Part shown: in pieces, positions 16,661-24,675 of the stretch
Numbering within the stretch: position 1 is the first letter of the stretch
Layout of the letters: every line of letters starts with the position of its first letter
Origin: a virus
Lineage: Duplodnaviria; Caudoviricetes
Strand: one strand, 5' to 3'
IMG/VR virus record: IMGVR_UViG_3300010354_003850
Span: 1-53,467 of that record
Length of the DNA: 53,467 nt
Position numbers and translations under genes: made by a program
The notes under the pieces: generated by a model
What the model was told of the DNA's origin: nothing
The model's database searches: none
What the model saw: only the letters and a program-made list of their open reading frames with translations

Positions 16661-17593
16661 ATGAACGATCTCCTCGTAGAGAAGTATCGACCCCGAAAGG
16701 TGTCGGAGTGTGTCCTTCCCGAAGCACTATCCGACACCTTCGGGGACATGGTTAAGTCGGAGGACATTCCAAATATGATCCTCTGTGGTGGTGCGGGCTG
16801 CGGCAAGACAACCGTAGCCCGTGCCTTGTGCGATGAACTCAATCGTGATGTGCTGTTCATCAACGCATCCGAAGATGGCGGCATCGATACCTTGCGTACC
16901 CGAATTCGGCAGTTCGCTTCTGCGGTATCGTTGGGTGGTGGTCACAAGGTTGTCATCCTAGACGAGGCTGATTACCTGAACCCACAGTCTACGCAACCCG
17001 CTCTCCGTGGTTTCATCGAAGAGTTTGCCAAGAACTGCCGCTTCATCCTCACATGCAACTTCAAGCATCGGATCATCGAACCGCTGCACAGCCGCTGCAC
17101 ATGCATCGACTTCAAGATTCCTGCGAAGGAGAAGCCGAAGATGGCGAAGCAGTTCTTGGACAGGACGAAGGATATTCTTTCCAAAGAATCTATTGAGTCT
17201 GATGACCGTGTTCTTGCGGAACTTATCATTCGGCACTTTCCCGATTTCCGCCGTGTCTTGAATGAGATTCAGCGGTACTCCGTATCGGGTGCGATTGATG
17301 CAGGGATTCTTGTTGCTGCTGATGTTGGGGTGGAATCGCTCGTCAAAGCCTTGAAGAGCAAGAACTTCAATGAGATTCGCAAGTGGGTGGTGGACAACGG
17401 GGACAGGGACACAGCCCATGTTTTCCGCAAGATTTATGAAACCCTCGTAGATCAACTGCAACCCGCATCTGTCCCACAGGCAGTTCTCACTCTTTCGGAG
17501 TATCAGCACAGGGCGGCGTTTGCCGCCGATCAGGAGATCAACCTCGCCGCTTGTTGCATTATGTTGGCATCGGAATGCTCCTTCAAATCCTAA
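16661..17593 (+). CDS. gp44: clamp loader large subunit
   Basis: VEKYRP, GCGKTT, ILDEAD, SRC. Confidence 0.97.
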   Translation: MNDLLVEKYRPRKVSECVLPEALSDTFGDMVKSEDIPNMILCGGAGCGKTTVARALCDELNRDVLFINASEDGGIDTLRTRIRQFASAVSLGGGHKVVILDEADYLNPQSTQPALRGFIEEFAKNCRFILTCNFKHRIIEPLHSRCTCIDFKIPAKEKPKMAKQFLDRTKDILSKESIESDDRVLAELIIRHFPDFRRVLNEIQRYSVSGAIDAGILVAADVGVESLVKALKSKNFNEIRKWVVDNGDRDTAHVFRKIYETLVDQLQPASVPQAVLTLSEYQHRAAFAADQEINLAACCIMLASECSFKS

Positions 17594-17619
17594 ATAGAAG
17601 TGACGAAGGGAGGCACGGT

Positions 17620-18348
17620 ATGGTTGTAAAGAGCCTCAATGATCTTTCCATCACGATCCATGAGATCGGGAAAAGATACAACATTCAGAATTACATCGAT
17701 GAGTTCCGTACATCGATGACGAACGAAGTGAGTCAGAAGTTTTGGGATGAATTCAATTCGATTCGAACCACTCCTGTTGGAGAAATTGCAAATCCTTTGG
17801 AGAAGATCATGCTTCTCTCAAGTGTCATCAGCAATGAGGAGTTGGAAAAGGTATCGAAAATCAATCAGCGGCTTGACAAGAAGTATTCGTACACGGACTT
17901 TCTGAAAGAGTGTGAAAGTGCCCGTCAGGCTTTCCTGCGTGAGCGCAAGACATACTTCGCCATGAAAGTAGCAAAAAAGCACAGCGATGATTCGGGGAAC
18001 GGTGGACTTGGTTCCTACTTGGATATCACAGGAATGACCGATGTCATGCTTGCAGAATGGCTAGATTCTTTGTTGGAGAAAATCTATCCCGATCATCTAG
18101 ACATTGAATACGAAGATATGTCGGGAAAGAAAATCAAGACAAAGATATCTCACCGTGTCTGCGTTGTCGGACCGGATTATGTTGAAGCACCGCTGATTGA
18201 TCGGTATCATGGCAGCAATGCATATGATCAGTTCCTCCTTCATTCGGTCTATGACATCAAAAAGCGTAAGTGGGTTTATGTTCCCATGCGCCTCATCGTG
18301 AGCGTCAAGAGTGAGGACATTGACATTGAGAAGATTGACTTAACATGA
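17620..18348 (+). CDS. hypothetical late protein between gp44 and gp62
   Basis: CTAAATA 17590-17596, GGAGG RBS, ATG 17620. Confidence 0.6.
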   Translation: MVVKSLNDLSITIHEIGKRYNIQNYIDEFRTSMTNEVSQKFWDEFNSIRTTPVGEIANPLEKIMLLSSVISNEELEKVSKINQRLDKKYSYTDFLKECESARQAFLRERKTYFAMKVAKKHSDDSGNGGLGSYLDITGMTDVMLAEWLDSLLEKIYPDHLDIEYEDMSGKKIKTKISHRVCVVGPDYVEAPLIDRYHGSNAYDQFLLHSVYDIKKRKWVYVPMRLIVSVKSEDIDIEKIDLT

Positions 18349-18740
18349 GCAAACTAACCCCGTTCGACTTCATCAAAAGCATCAACGAAAAGACCGGAAA
18401 CATGATGGGCATAAACCCCGAGGCAGAGCGGGACTATGTTCCGTTTATCGTCAACCGGGGGCTTTCCTACAGCCCCGATACGATTTTTTATGCCAATGAA
18501 ATGAACTGCCTGCCCCTAGCGGACAAGAGAATGCAGTATGACTATCTCTACCACTCCGTCCGTAAACGCAAGAGATTTGATAAGTGGATCAAGCAGGACG
18601 AGCAGGACGAGGATTTGCTTGATGCGATCATGCTTGCTTATGGGGTGAGCAGGAAGAGGGCGATTGAATACATTCGTTTGTTGTCGAAGGAGCGGATTGA
18701 ATCCCTCCGAAAGAGCAGAGGTGGCTCTAATGCTAAATAA
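18345..18740 (+). CDS. gp62: clamp loader small subunit
   Basis: PFDFIKSIN...YVPFIVNRGLS...ANEMN...RKRKRF. Confidence 0.93.
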   Translation: MSKLTPFDFIKSINEKTGNMMGINPEAERDYVPFIVNRGLSYSPDTIFYANEMNCLPLADKRMQYDYLYHSVRKRKRFDKWIKQDEQDEDLLDAIMLAYGVSRKRAIEYIRLLSKERIESLRKSRGGSNAK

Positions 18741-18772
18741 TCGGAGAATCTTTACTAGGGAAGCATTGAGCC

Positions 18773-19195
18773 GTGAATACAGACGATATTGTGAGCAATC
18801 TGGTTGAGGTGAGTTTGCCGTCACCCGACAACTTCTTGAAGGTCAAGGAAACCCTGACCCGAATCGGCATCTCTTCAAAGACAGAGAAGAAACTGTATCA
18901 GTCGTGCCACATCCTGCACAAGCGGGGCAAGTATTACATCGTCCATTTCAAGGAACTCTTCATGCTTGATGGGCTTGAGAACGACTTCAGCGACTCTGAC
19001 AAGGGGCGTAGAAATACGATTGCAAACCTGTTGGAGCAATGGGGCTTGGTAAAGATTGTTAATCCCGCAAAGACCAAGGAACCTGTTTGTCCGATCTCTC
19101 ACTTCAAGATTCTCCCTTTCGGTGAAAAGAAGGATTGGGAATTGATCCCGAAGTATCGGATTGGGATTCGCAAGAAACCGCTTGACGAAGCCTGA
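18773..19195 (+). CDS. regA: translational repressor RegA
   Basis: FLKVKETLTRIGI, LYQSCHILHKRGKYYIVHFKELF. Confidence 0.97.
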   Translation: MNTDDIVSNLVEVSLPSPDNFLKVKETLTRIGISSKTEKKLYQSCHILHKRGKYYIVHFKELFMLDGLENDFSDSDKGRRNTIANLLEQWGLVKIVNPAKTKEPVCPISHFKILPFGEKKDWELIPKYRIGIRKKPLDEA

Positions 19196-19235
19196 TCTTG
19201 GTGTAGACTGACACAATCTATTTGAGGTATTCATT

Positions 19236-19781
19236 ATGAGTGATCGTGTTGTCACGCTAGGTTTTCACAAACTGCATCCGTCCGCATTTCCTCCTGCATA
19301 CGCAACCGAGGAGTCGGCGTGTTTTGACATCCGTGTTTGCCTTCCTGCGGGCAAGCGTGAGGTGGATGCATGGGACAAGAACAGCAGCAACTTCAAGACG
19401 ATGGCTTTCGTTGATGAAGTTCGTGGTGACAAGGACGCATCGATCATTCTTCGTCCCGGCAACAGGATTCTCCTGCCGACACAACTTGTCCTAGACATAC
19501 CCCGAGGATATTCGGTTCGACTGCACATGCGGTCAGGATTGGCGATCAAGGGGGGTTTGATGCTTTCGAACTGCGAAGGAGTTATCGACTCCGATTACAC
19601 GCAGCAACTGATGGTTCCTGTAACCAATACAAGCACGACCGATATTAAGATAACTCATGGCGACCGCATCTGCCAAGGCGAAATCGTGGAAAAAATCTAC
19701 ACGAACTTCGTGCAACTTGCCGATGAAGTAAAAGGGAAGACCGACCGTAGCGGCGGGTTCGGCTCCACAGGAAAGTCTTAA
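19236..19781 (+). CDS. dut: trimeric dUTPase
   Basis: RSGLA, GVIDSDY, GDRICQ, RSGGFGSTG; promoter TTGACG-N16-TAGACT at 19182-19209. Confidence 0.95.
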   Translation: MSDRVVTLGFHKLHPSAFPPAYATEESACFDIRVCLPAGKREVDAWDKNSSNFKTMAFVDEVRGDKDASIILRPGNRILLPTQLVLDIPRGYSVRLHMRSGLAIKGGLMLSNCEGVIDSDYTQQLMVPVTNTSTTDIKITHGDRICQGEIVEKIYTNFVQLADEVKGKTDRSGGFGSTGKS

Positions 19782-20608
19782 TGTCCGAAAACGAAGAACT
19801 GGAGATTCAGGCGAATAACGAGGATGATCCACATCCTTTTATCATCGCATATGAGTTTTTGCAGTCGCCATCCATTTCTGACTATGAGTTGGTTGCATCC
19901 TCCGACTCTCCGAAAAGAAATTGGATGGACAACACTCAAGAAAAGTTTGCGTATCGATGCTTGCCCCTACTGATGGCAAACACAATTGGATGGCAAATCA
20001 AAACACGGTTTGCTTTCATGGCTGTATGGAATGGTGGCGACAGAATCCAAGACCTTGTGGTTGCCTTCCTTGACAATGACAAGAGACATACCAAATCGGT
20101 TGTTTCACATTTCGGTTCTGGGATATTGACATTCCAATTGCCGTGGCATTTTAGGACAAGTCCGGGACATAATCTCTTCGTCACAGGACCGACTAACGAA
20201 CCACGAAAAGACATTGCTCCTTTGTCGGGCATCGTTGAAACTGATTGGTTGCCCTTCACATTTACAATGAATTGGAAGGTTCTTGAAAAGAATGTTCCTG
20301 TGGTGTTTCAACCGGGGGATGTTGTCTGCCAATTCTTTCCGTATCCAAGGGGATATCCCGAAAAGTTTCTTGCCATGCGGCAGGACATCACTTCAAATCC
20401 AAGCGTAAACAACGAATATCGCAAGTGGTCTTTGTCACGGGAAGAATTTAACCGAAAATTGAAAGACCCGAACTGCACAGAGATTACACGCAAAGATTGG
20501 GAGAAGAATTACTTTTTCGGAGAACACAAAGACGGAACGAAGTTCGAAGAACACCAAACACGGATAAATTCATGTCCGTTCAAACATCCACCGAAAGGAA
20601 AGGCTTAA
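19781..20608 (+). CDS. DUF6065-like protein
   Basis: AYRCLPLLMAN..GW, SHFGSG, GIVETDWLPFTFTMNW. Confidence 0.7.
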   Translation: MSENEELEIQANNEDDPHPFIIAYEFLQSPSISDYELVASSDSPKRNWMDNTQEKFAYRCLPLLMANTIGWQIKTRFAFMAVWNGGDRIQDLVVAFLDNDKRHTKSVVSHFGSGILTFQLPWHFRTSPGHNLFVTGPTNEPRKDIAPLSGIVETDWLPFTFTMNWKVLEKNVPVVFQPGDVVCQFFPYPRGYPEKFLAMRQDITSNPSVNNEYRKWSLSREEFNRKLKDPNCTEITRKDWEKNYFFGEHKDGTKFEEHQTRINSCPFKHPPKGKA

Positions 20609-20610
20609 TT

Positions 20611-21021
20611 ATGCACCGTGATGAACTGCTACAACACCACAAGGTACTATGTTCCAAGGCGTTTGAACTGATGCGCCGCAAGAATGCTGACTATGCAGGA
20701 CGGCATGGAGTCGAACCGTTTGCGAACTTCACTCGGTGTGAAGCCATGGGAATCTGTCGCACCGAAGCGGGTATGCTTGTCCGCATGACCGACAAGATGT
20801 CCCGACTGTCTTCGTTCGTGGAAGCGGGTGTGTTTCAGGTCAAGGATGAAAGTCTAGAGGACACGATCCTTGACATGATCAACTACTCGGTTCTTTTCTA
20901 TTCATACATTCAGTCCAAGAAGGAGGAAGAGCATCATGCATCTAGACCGCACTTCATCGTTGGTGAGAATGTTCACATTCAGCCTATTGAGTCTGATCCT
21001 CCTGCTCCCACAAACGGTTAA
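20611..21021 (+). CDS. nucleotide-modification-associated (DUF1599/Nmad1-like) protein
   Basis: RKNADYA...FANF...VRMTDKMSRL...ESLEDTILDMINYS. Confidence 0.7.
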   Translation: MHRDELLQHHKVLCSKAFELMRRKNADYAGRHGVEPFANFTRCEAMGICRTEAGMLVRMTDKMSRLSSFVEAGVFQVKDESLEDTILDMINYSVLFYSYIQSKKEEEHHASRPHFIVGENVHIQPIESDPPAPTNG

Positions 21022-21379
21022 TGCAGGAGAAGTGTCCGATGCAACCCTCGACAAGATCATCCCTGCCTTGGTTAGGGTGGAGTCGAAAGGTGACCCGAAG
21101 GCTGTTGGGGACGGAGGCAGAGCAATCGGCATTCTCCAAATTCACCGATGCTATTGGGAGGATGCGGTCGAATTCGACAAGTCTCTCGGTGGAAAGTACG
21201 AGGACTGCTTCAATCCTGACTACGCCAGACGAGTTGTACGGGCTTACCTCCGCAGATACGGAACCTCCGATTCGACTCTTGAGCAACTGGCAAGAATTCA
21301 TAACGGTGGACCAAAGGGACACAAGAAGTCAGCAACTCTGAAATATTGGGCAAAGGTGAAAAAGGAATTGAGCAAGTAG
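20969..21379 (+). CDS. lysozyme-fold enzyme (SLT/i-type-like) with signal peptide
   Basis: LVRVES.G...AVGDGG..IG.LQI...YW.D; ARIHNGGP. Confidence 0.8.
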   Translation: MFTFSLLSLILLLPQTVNAGEVSDATLDKIIPALVRVESKGDPKAVGDGGRAIGILQIHRCYWEDAVEFDKSLGGKYEDCFNPDYARRVVRAYLRRYGTSDSTLEQLARIHNGGPKGHKKSATLKYWAKVKKELSK

Positions 21380-21392
21380 ATGTGGTGGATGT

Positions 21393-22082
21393 ATGCCATA
21401 CAAAGATCCCGAAAAAAAGAAGTCTGCTGCCAAGGCAAGATACCTTGCTAATAGAGAGAAAAAAATTGCACAAGCAAAAGCATGGGTAGAGTCTCATCGT
21501 GAACAGATGCGAGAAAATCACAGAAGATGGCAAAAAGAAAACAGGGATCGTGTCAAGAGGTATCAGAAGAAATACGAATCAAAGGATCCAAAAAAATGGA
21601 AGGATTGGAAAAACAAGTGGAGAAGAGACTGGTATAAGAACAATCCTGAAAAGGCAGCGGAGTTGTGGAGAGTTAAGTTATATCGGAAAACCAAAAGTTT
21701 GGTGCCTCTTACAGCCAAAGAAAAACAAGCAGTTCTTTTGCTAGAGAAAACACGAAAGCAACTTCAAAAAGAGACAGGGCGAATCTATCATATAGATCAC
21801 ATTTTCCCGATTGTTCATGGTGGCATCCATCATCCGATCAACTTGAGAATACTTGATGGGACTGACAATTCTTCAAAACGAGATAAACTCCTTCCTGAAG
21901 CGATTGATCTTGCATATGACCACTACAAGTTGTATTATGAGCGAATCAGTCCCGAAAGAGCAGAGGACTTCGTGAAGCAACTTGCAAATGCGATTGGGCT
22001 GAACGAGGAAGAGATCGACTTGAAGAACAAAAAACTGCCCGCCCTACCACAGAAAGCGACATTGGAGGATTTATTCACATGA
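21393..22082 (+). CDS. free-standing HNH endonuclease
   Basis: Basic helical N-terminus; HIDHIFPI..GG.H...NLRIL....N. Confidence 0.85.
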   Translation: MPYKDPEKKKSAAKARYLANREKKIAQAKAWVESHREQMRENHRRWQKENRDRVKRYQKKYESKDPKKWKDWKNKWRRDWYKNNPEKAAELWRVKLYRKTKSLVPLTAKEKQAVLLLEKTRKQLQKETGRIYHIDHIFPIVHGGIHHPINLRILDGTDNSSKRDKLLPEAIDLAYDHYKLYYERISPERAEDFVKQLANAIGLNEEEIDLKNKKLPALPQKATLEDLFT

Positions 22083-22474
22083 GCAAACCATTCGGATACT
22101 CTTACTACTTGGACATGTATCGCTGCCGTATTGGATCGGCAGATGACCTAGAACTACACTACCGCTTTCTTGAGAGAGTGGTGGACAAGATCGGCATGAC
22201 CCGCATGAGTCAGCCTGTCGTGATTCACGGACCAACACAGAACGGGAAGGAACTGTATCCTGCGAAGGCTGGCGTGAGCGGTTGGGTTCCGCTGATCGAA
22301 AGCGGCATTCAGATTCACTCAATCGAACCCAAGCGTTTCATCACGCTTGATGTATACTCCTGCAACAAGTTTGACAAGCAGATCATCCTTGACTATGCTC
22401 GGGAGTGCTTTGACTTTGAGCAGCACGAAGAGCATTTCTTCGTTCGTGGCATGGGTTATGGGGATATCGAATGA
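22079..22474 (+). CDS. speD: S-adenosylmethionine decarboxylase proenzyme (pyruvoyl)
   Basis: GVSGWVPLIES, IHS.EP, TLDVYSC. Confidence 0.8.
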   Translation: MSKPFGYSYYLDMYRCRIGSADDLELHYRFLERVVDKIGMTRMSQPVVIHGPTQNGKELYPAKAGVSGWVPLIESGIQIHSIEPKRFITLDVYSCNKFDKQIILDYARECFDFEQHEEHFFVRGMGYGDIE

Positions 22475-22755
22475 AGAAGATAACACCTGTCGGCAAATGG
22501 ATTGCGGTAAAGACTGAAGGACTTGGTGCTGAAAAGAAAACCGAGTCGGGAATCATCTACAAAGAGAAGATTACCAATCCAAACATTTGGAGCGTGGTTG
22601 TCGCCATCGGCAACAAGGTGAGCGAAGACATTCGAATCGGTGATCGGGTTCTTTGGGACTTGACAAAGAACACAACCCGTGTAGGATATCAGTCTTGCGA
22701 TCTGATTCATCAAGACTGGATTCATGCAACGGAGAGAACTGATGCCAACGCATAA
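22471..22755 (+). CDS. GroES-like co-chaperonin
   Basis: ITPVGKWIAVK...EKKTESGII...VVAIG...IGDRV. Confidence 0.75.
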   Translation: MKKITPVGKWIAVKTEGLGAEKKTESGIIYKEKITNPNIWSVVVAIGNKVSEDIRIGDRVLWDLTKNTTRVGYQSCDLIHQDWIHATERTDANA

Positions 22756-23695
22756 GATTATTTTGGGTGACTGCATCAAGGGAATGAAGACGCTGCCTGA
22801 AGGCTGCATCAACACCTGTGTCACTTCGCCGCCGTATTTCGGCTTGCGTAACTATGGTGGTGGCGAGGACGAGATCGGACAGGAAGCAACCGTGGACGGA
22901 TTCGTTGAGAAGATGGTGGAGGTCTTCCGTGGCGTTCATCGCATTCTTCGTGATGATGGAACCCTGTGGCTGAACCTTGGCGACTCCTACATGTCTGCCA
23001 ACTGCGTCCCGCCCCCACAGACGGTTGCAAACGGAAACCACCGTGACATGCCGACCGACTTCGTTCCATCGAATCGACAGCCACAGAAGGGATTGAAGCA
23101 GAAGGACTTGATCGGCATTCCGTGGCGAGTGGCATTTGCCCTGCAAGCGGACGGTTGGTATCTCCGTCAGGATATCATTTGGCACAAGCCAAACCCGATG
23201 CCCGAGAGCGTGGAAGATCGTTGCACCAAGGCACACGAATACATCTTCCTTCTGTCCAAGAAGCCACGGTACTATTATGACTTTGAGGCAATCAAGGAAC
23301 CCGCCAAGGATTGGGGTACACGGGATCGAACCAACGGCAAGTACACCGCAGAGGACACCGAGTTCGGCTTGGAGCCGCATGGCGGTCTGAAGAACGGCAA
23401 CTTTGCCGAGCGTGGAAAGAACAAGCGTTCCGTTTGGAGCGTGACCACCAAGCCGTATCGTGGGGCGCACTTTGCCACCTTCCCGAAGGACTTGATTCTT
23501 CCGTGCGTCTTGGCAGGATGCCCCAAGGACGGCACGGTGTTCGATCCCTTCACGGGAAGCGGAACCACGGCGGTAGTTGCCCTGAACAACGGACGAAACT
23601 TCATTGGCACGGAACTCAATCCCGAGTACATTAAGATTGCCGAAGGGCGAATCGGGGAAGAGGTGAAACCGACCCTTGAAGGATTGTTTTCATGA
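22742..23695 (+). CDS. DNA methyltransferase, N4-C/N6-A beta class, copy 1
   Basis: TSPPY precedes HFATFP and DPFTGSGTT. Confidence 0.93.
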   Translation: MPTHKIILGDCIKGMKTLPEGCINTCVTSPPYFGLRNYGGGEDEIGQEATVDGFVEKMVEVFRGVHRILRDDGTLWLNLGDSYMSANCVPPPQTVANGNHRDMPTDFVPSNRQPQKGLKQKDLIGIPWRVAFALQADGWYLRQDIIWHKPNPMPESVEDRCTKAHEYIFLLSKKPRYYYDFEAIKEPAKDWGTRDRTNGKYTAEDTEFGLEPHGGLKNGNFAERGKNKRSVWSVTTKPYRGAHFATFPKDLILPCVLAGCPKDGTVFDPFTGSGTTAVVALNNGRNFIGTELNPEYIKIAEGRIGEEVKPTLEGLFS

Positions 23696-24675
23696 CGGTG
23701 AGTCATAGAATACTTCACGGCGATTGCATTCAAATGATGAAGACGCTGCCCGATGGTTGCGTCAATACTTGCATTACATCGCCGCCGTATTTTGGTCTCC
23801 GTGATTACAAAGGGGGTACGGCTGAAATTGGATGCGAGTCTTCCCCTGAAGAGTATGTCCGAAAGATAGTCGATGTCTTCCGTGAGGTTTACCGCATTCT
23901 GCGTGACGATGGAACGCTGTGGCTGAACCTTGGCGACTCTTATGCAAGCAATGGCTGTTACATTAATTCATGGTTGCAGAAAGAACACAATAAAGGCAAG
24001 AAGCATTTGCACACAAACAACCATGAAAGGTATGAAGATCGCAAGGCATTTCGTGGTGGAGAATACGGGATCAAATCCAAGGACTTGATGGGGATTCCAT
24101 GGCGAGTTGCACTTGCATTGCAGCAGGATGGTTGGTATCTGCGGCAGGACATCATTTGGCACAAGCCAAACCCCATGCCTGAAAGCGTTGAGGATCGTTG
24201 CACCAAGGCTCATGAGTACATCTTTCTACTGACGAAGAACCCAAAGTATTACTATGACTTTGATGCTGTTAAGGAGCCTGTTGCTCAAAGCACGGTAAGT
24301 CGATTGGCTCAAAAAAACTTGCCGAATCAAATCGGAAGCACCCGAGTGCCCGGAAAGACGAATGGCAACATGAAGGCTGTGGGCAATTCGGAAAAAAGAA
24401 ACCGCAGATCAGTTTGGACGGTGAATGTAAAAGGATACAAAGGAGCGCACTTCGCAACCTTTCCAAAGGAATTGATTGAGCCGTGTGTCTTGGCAGGATG
24501 TCCCGTTGGCGGCGTTGTGTTTGATCCATTTACGGGCAGCGGGACTACTGCCGTGGTTGCCCTGAACAATCAAAGAAACTTTGTGGGAACCGAGTTGAAT
24601 TCCGATTATGTCTGCCTTGCAGAGAGTAGAATCTCCGAAGAAGCACCGCAAACCCTCAAGGACATCCTTGCATGA
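23692..24675 (+). CDS. DNA methyltransferase, N4-C/N6-A beta class, copy 2
   Basis: Same motifs; close paralogue differing in two variable segments. Confidence 0.93.
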   Translation: MTVSHRILHGDCIQMMKTLPDGCVNTCITSPPYFGLRDYKGGTAEIGCESSPEEYVRKIVDVFREVYRILRDDGTLWLNLGDSYASNGCYINSWLQKEHNKGKKHLHTNNHERYEDRKAFRGGEYGIKSKDLMGIPWRVALALQQDGWYLRQDIIWHKPNPMPESVEDRCTKAHEYIFLLTKNPKYYYDFDAVKEPVAQSTVSRLAQKNLPNQIGSTRVPGKTNGNMKAVGNSEKRNRRSVWTVNVKGYKGAHFATFPKELIEPCVLAGCPVGGVVFDPFTGSGTTAVVALNNQRNFVGTELNSDYVCLAESRISEEAPQTLKDILA

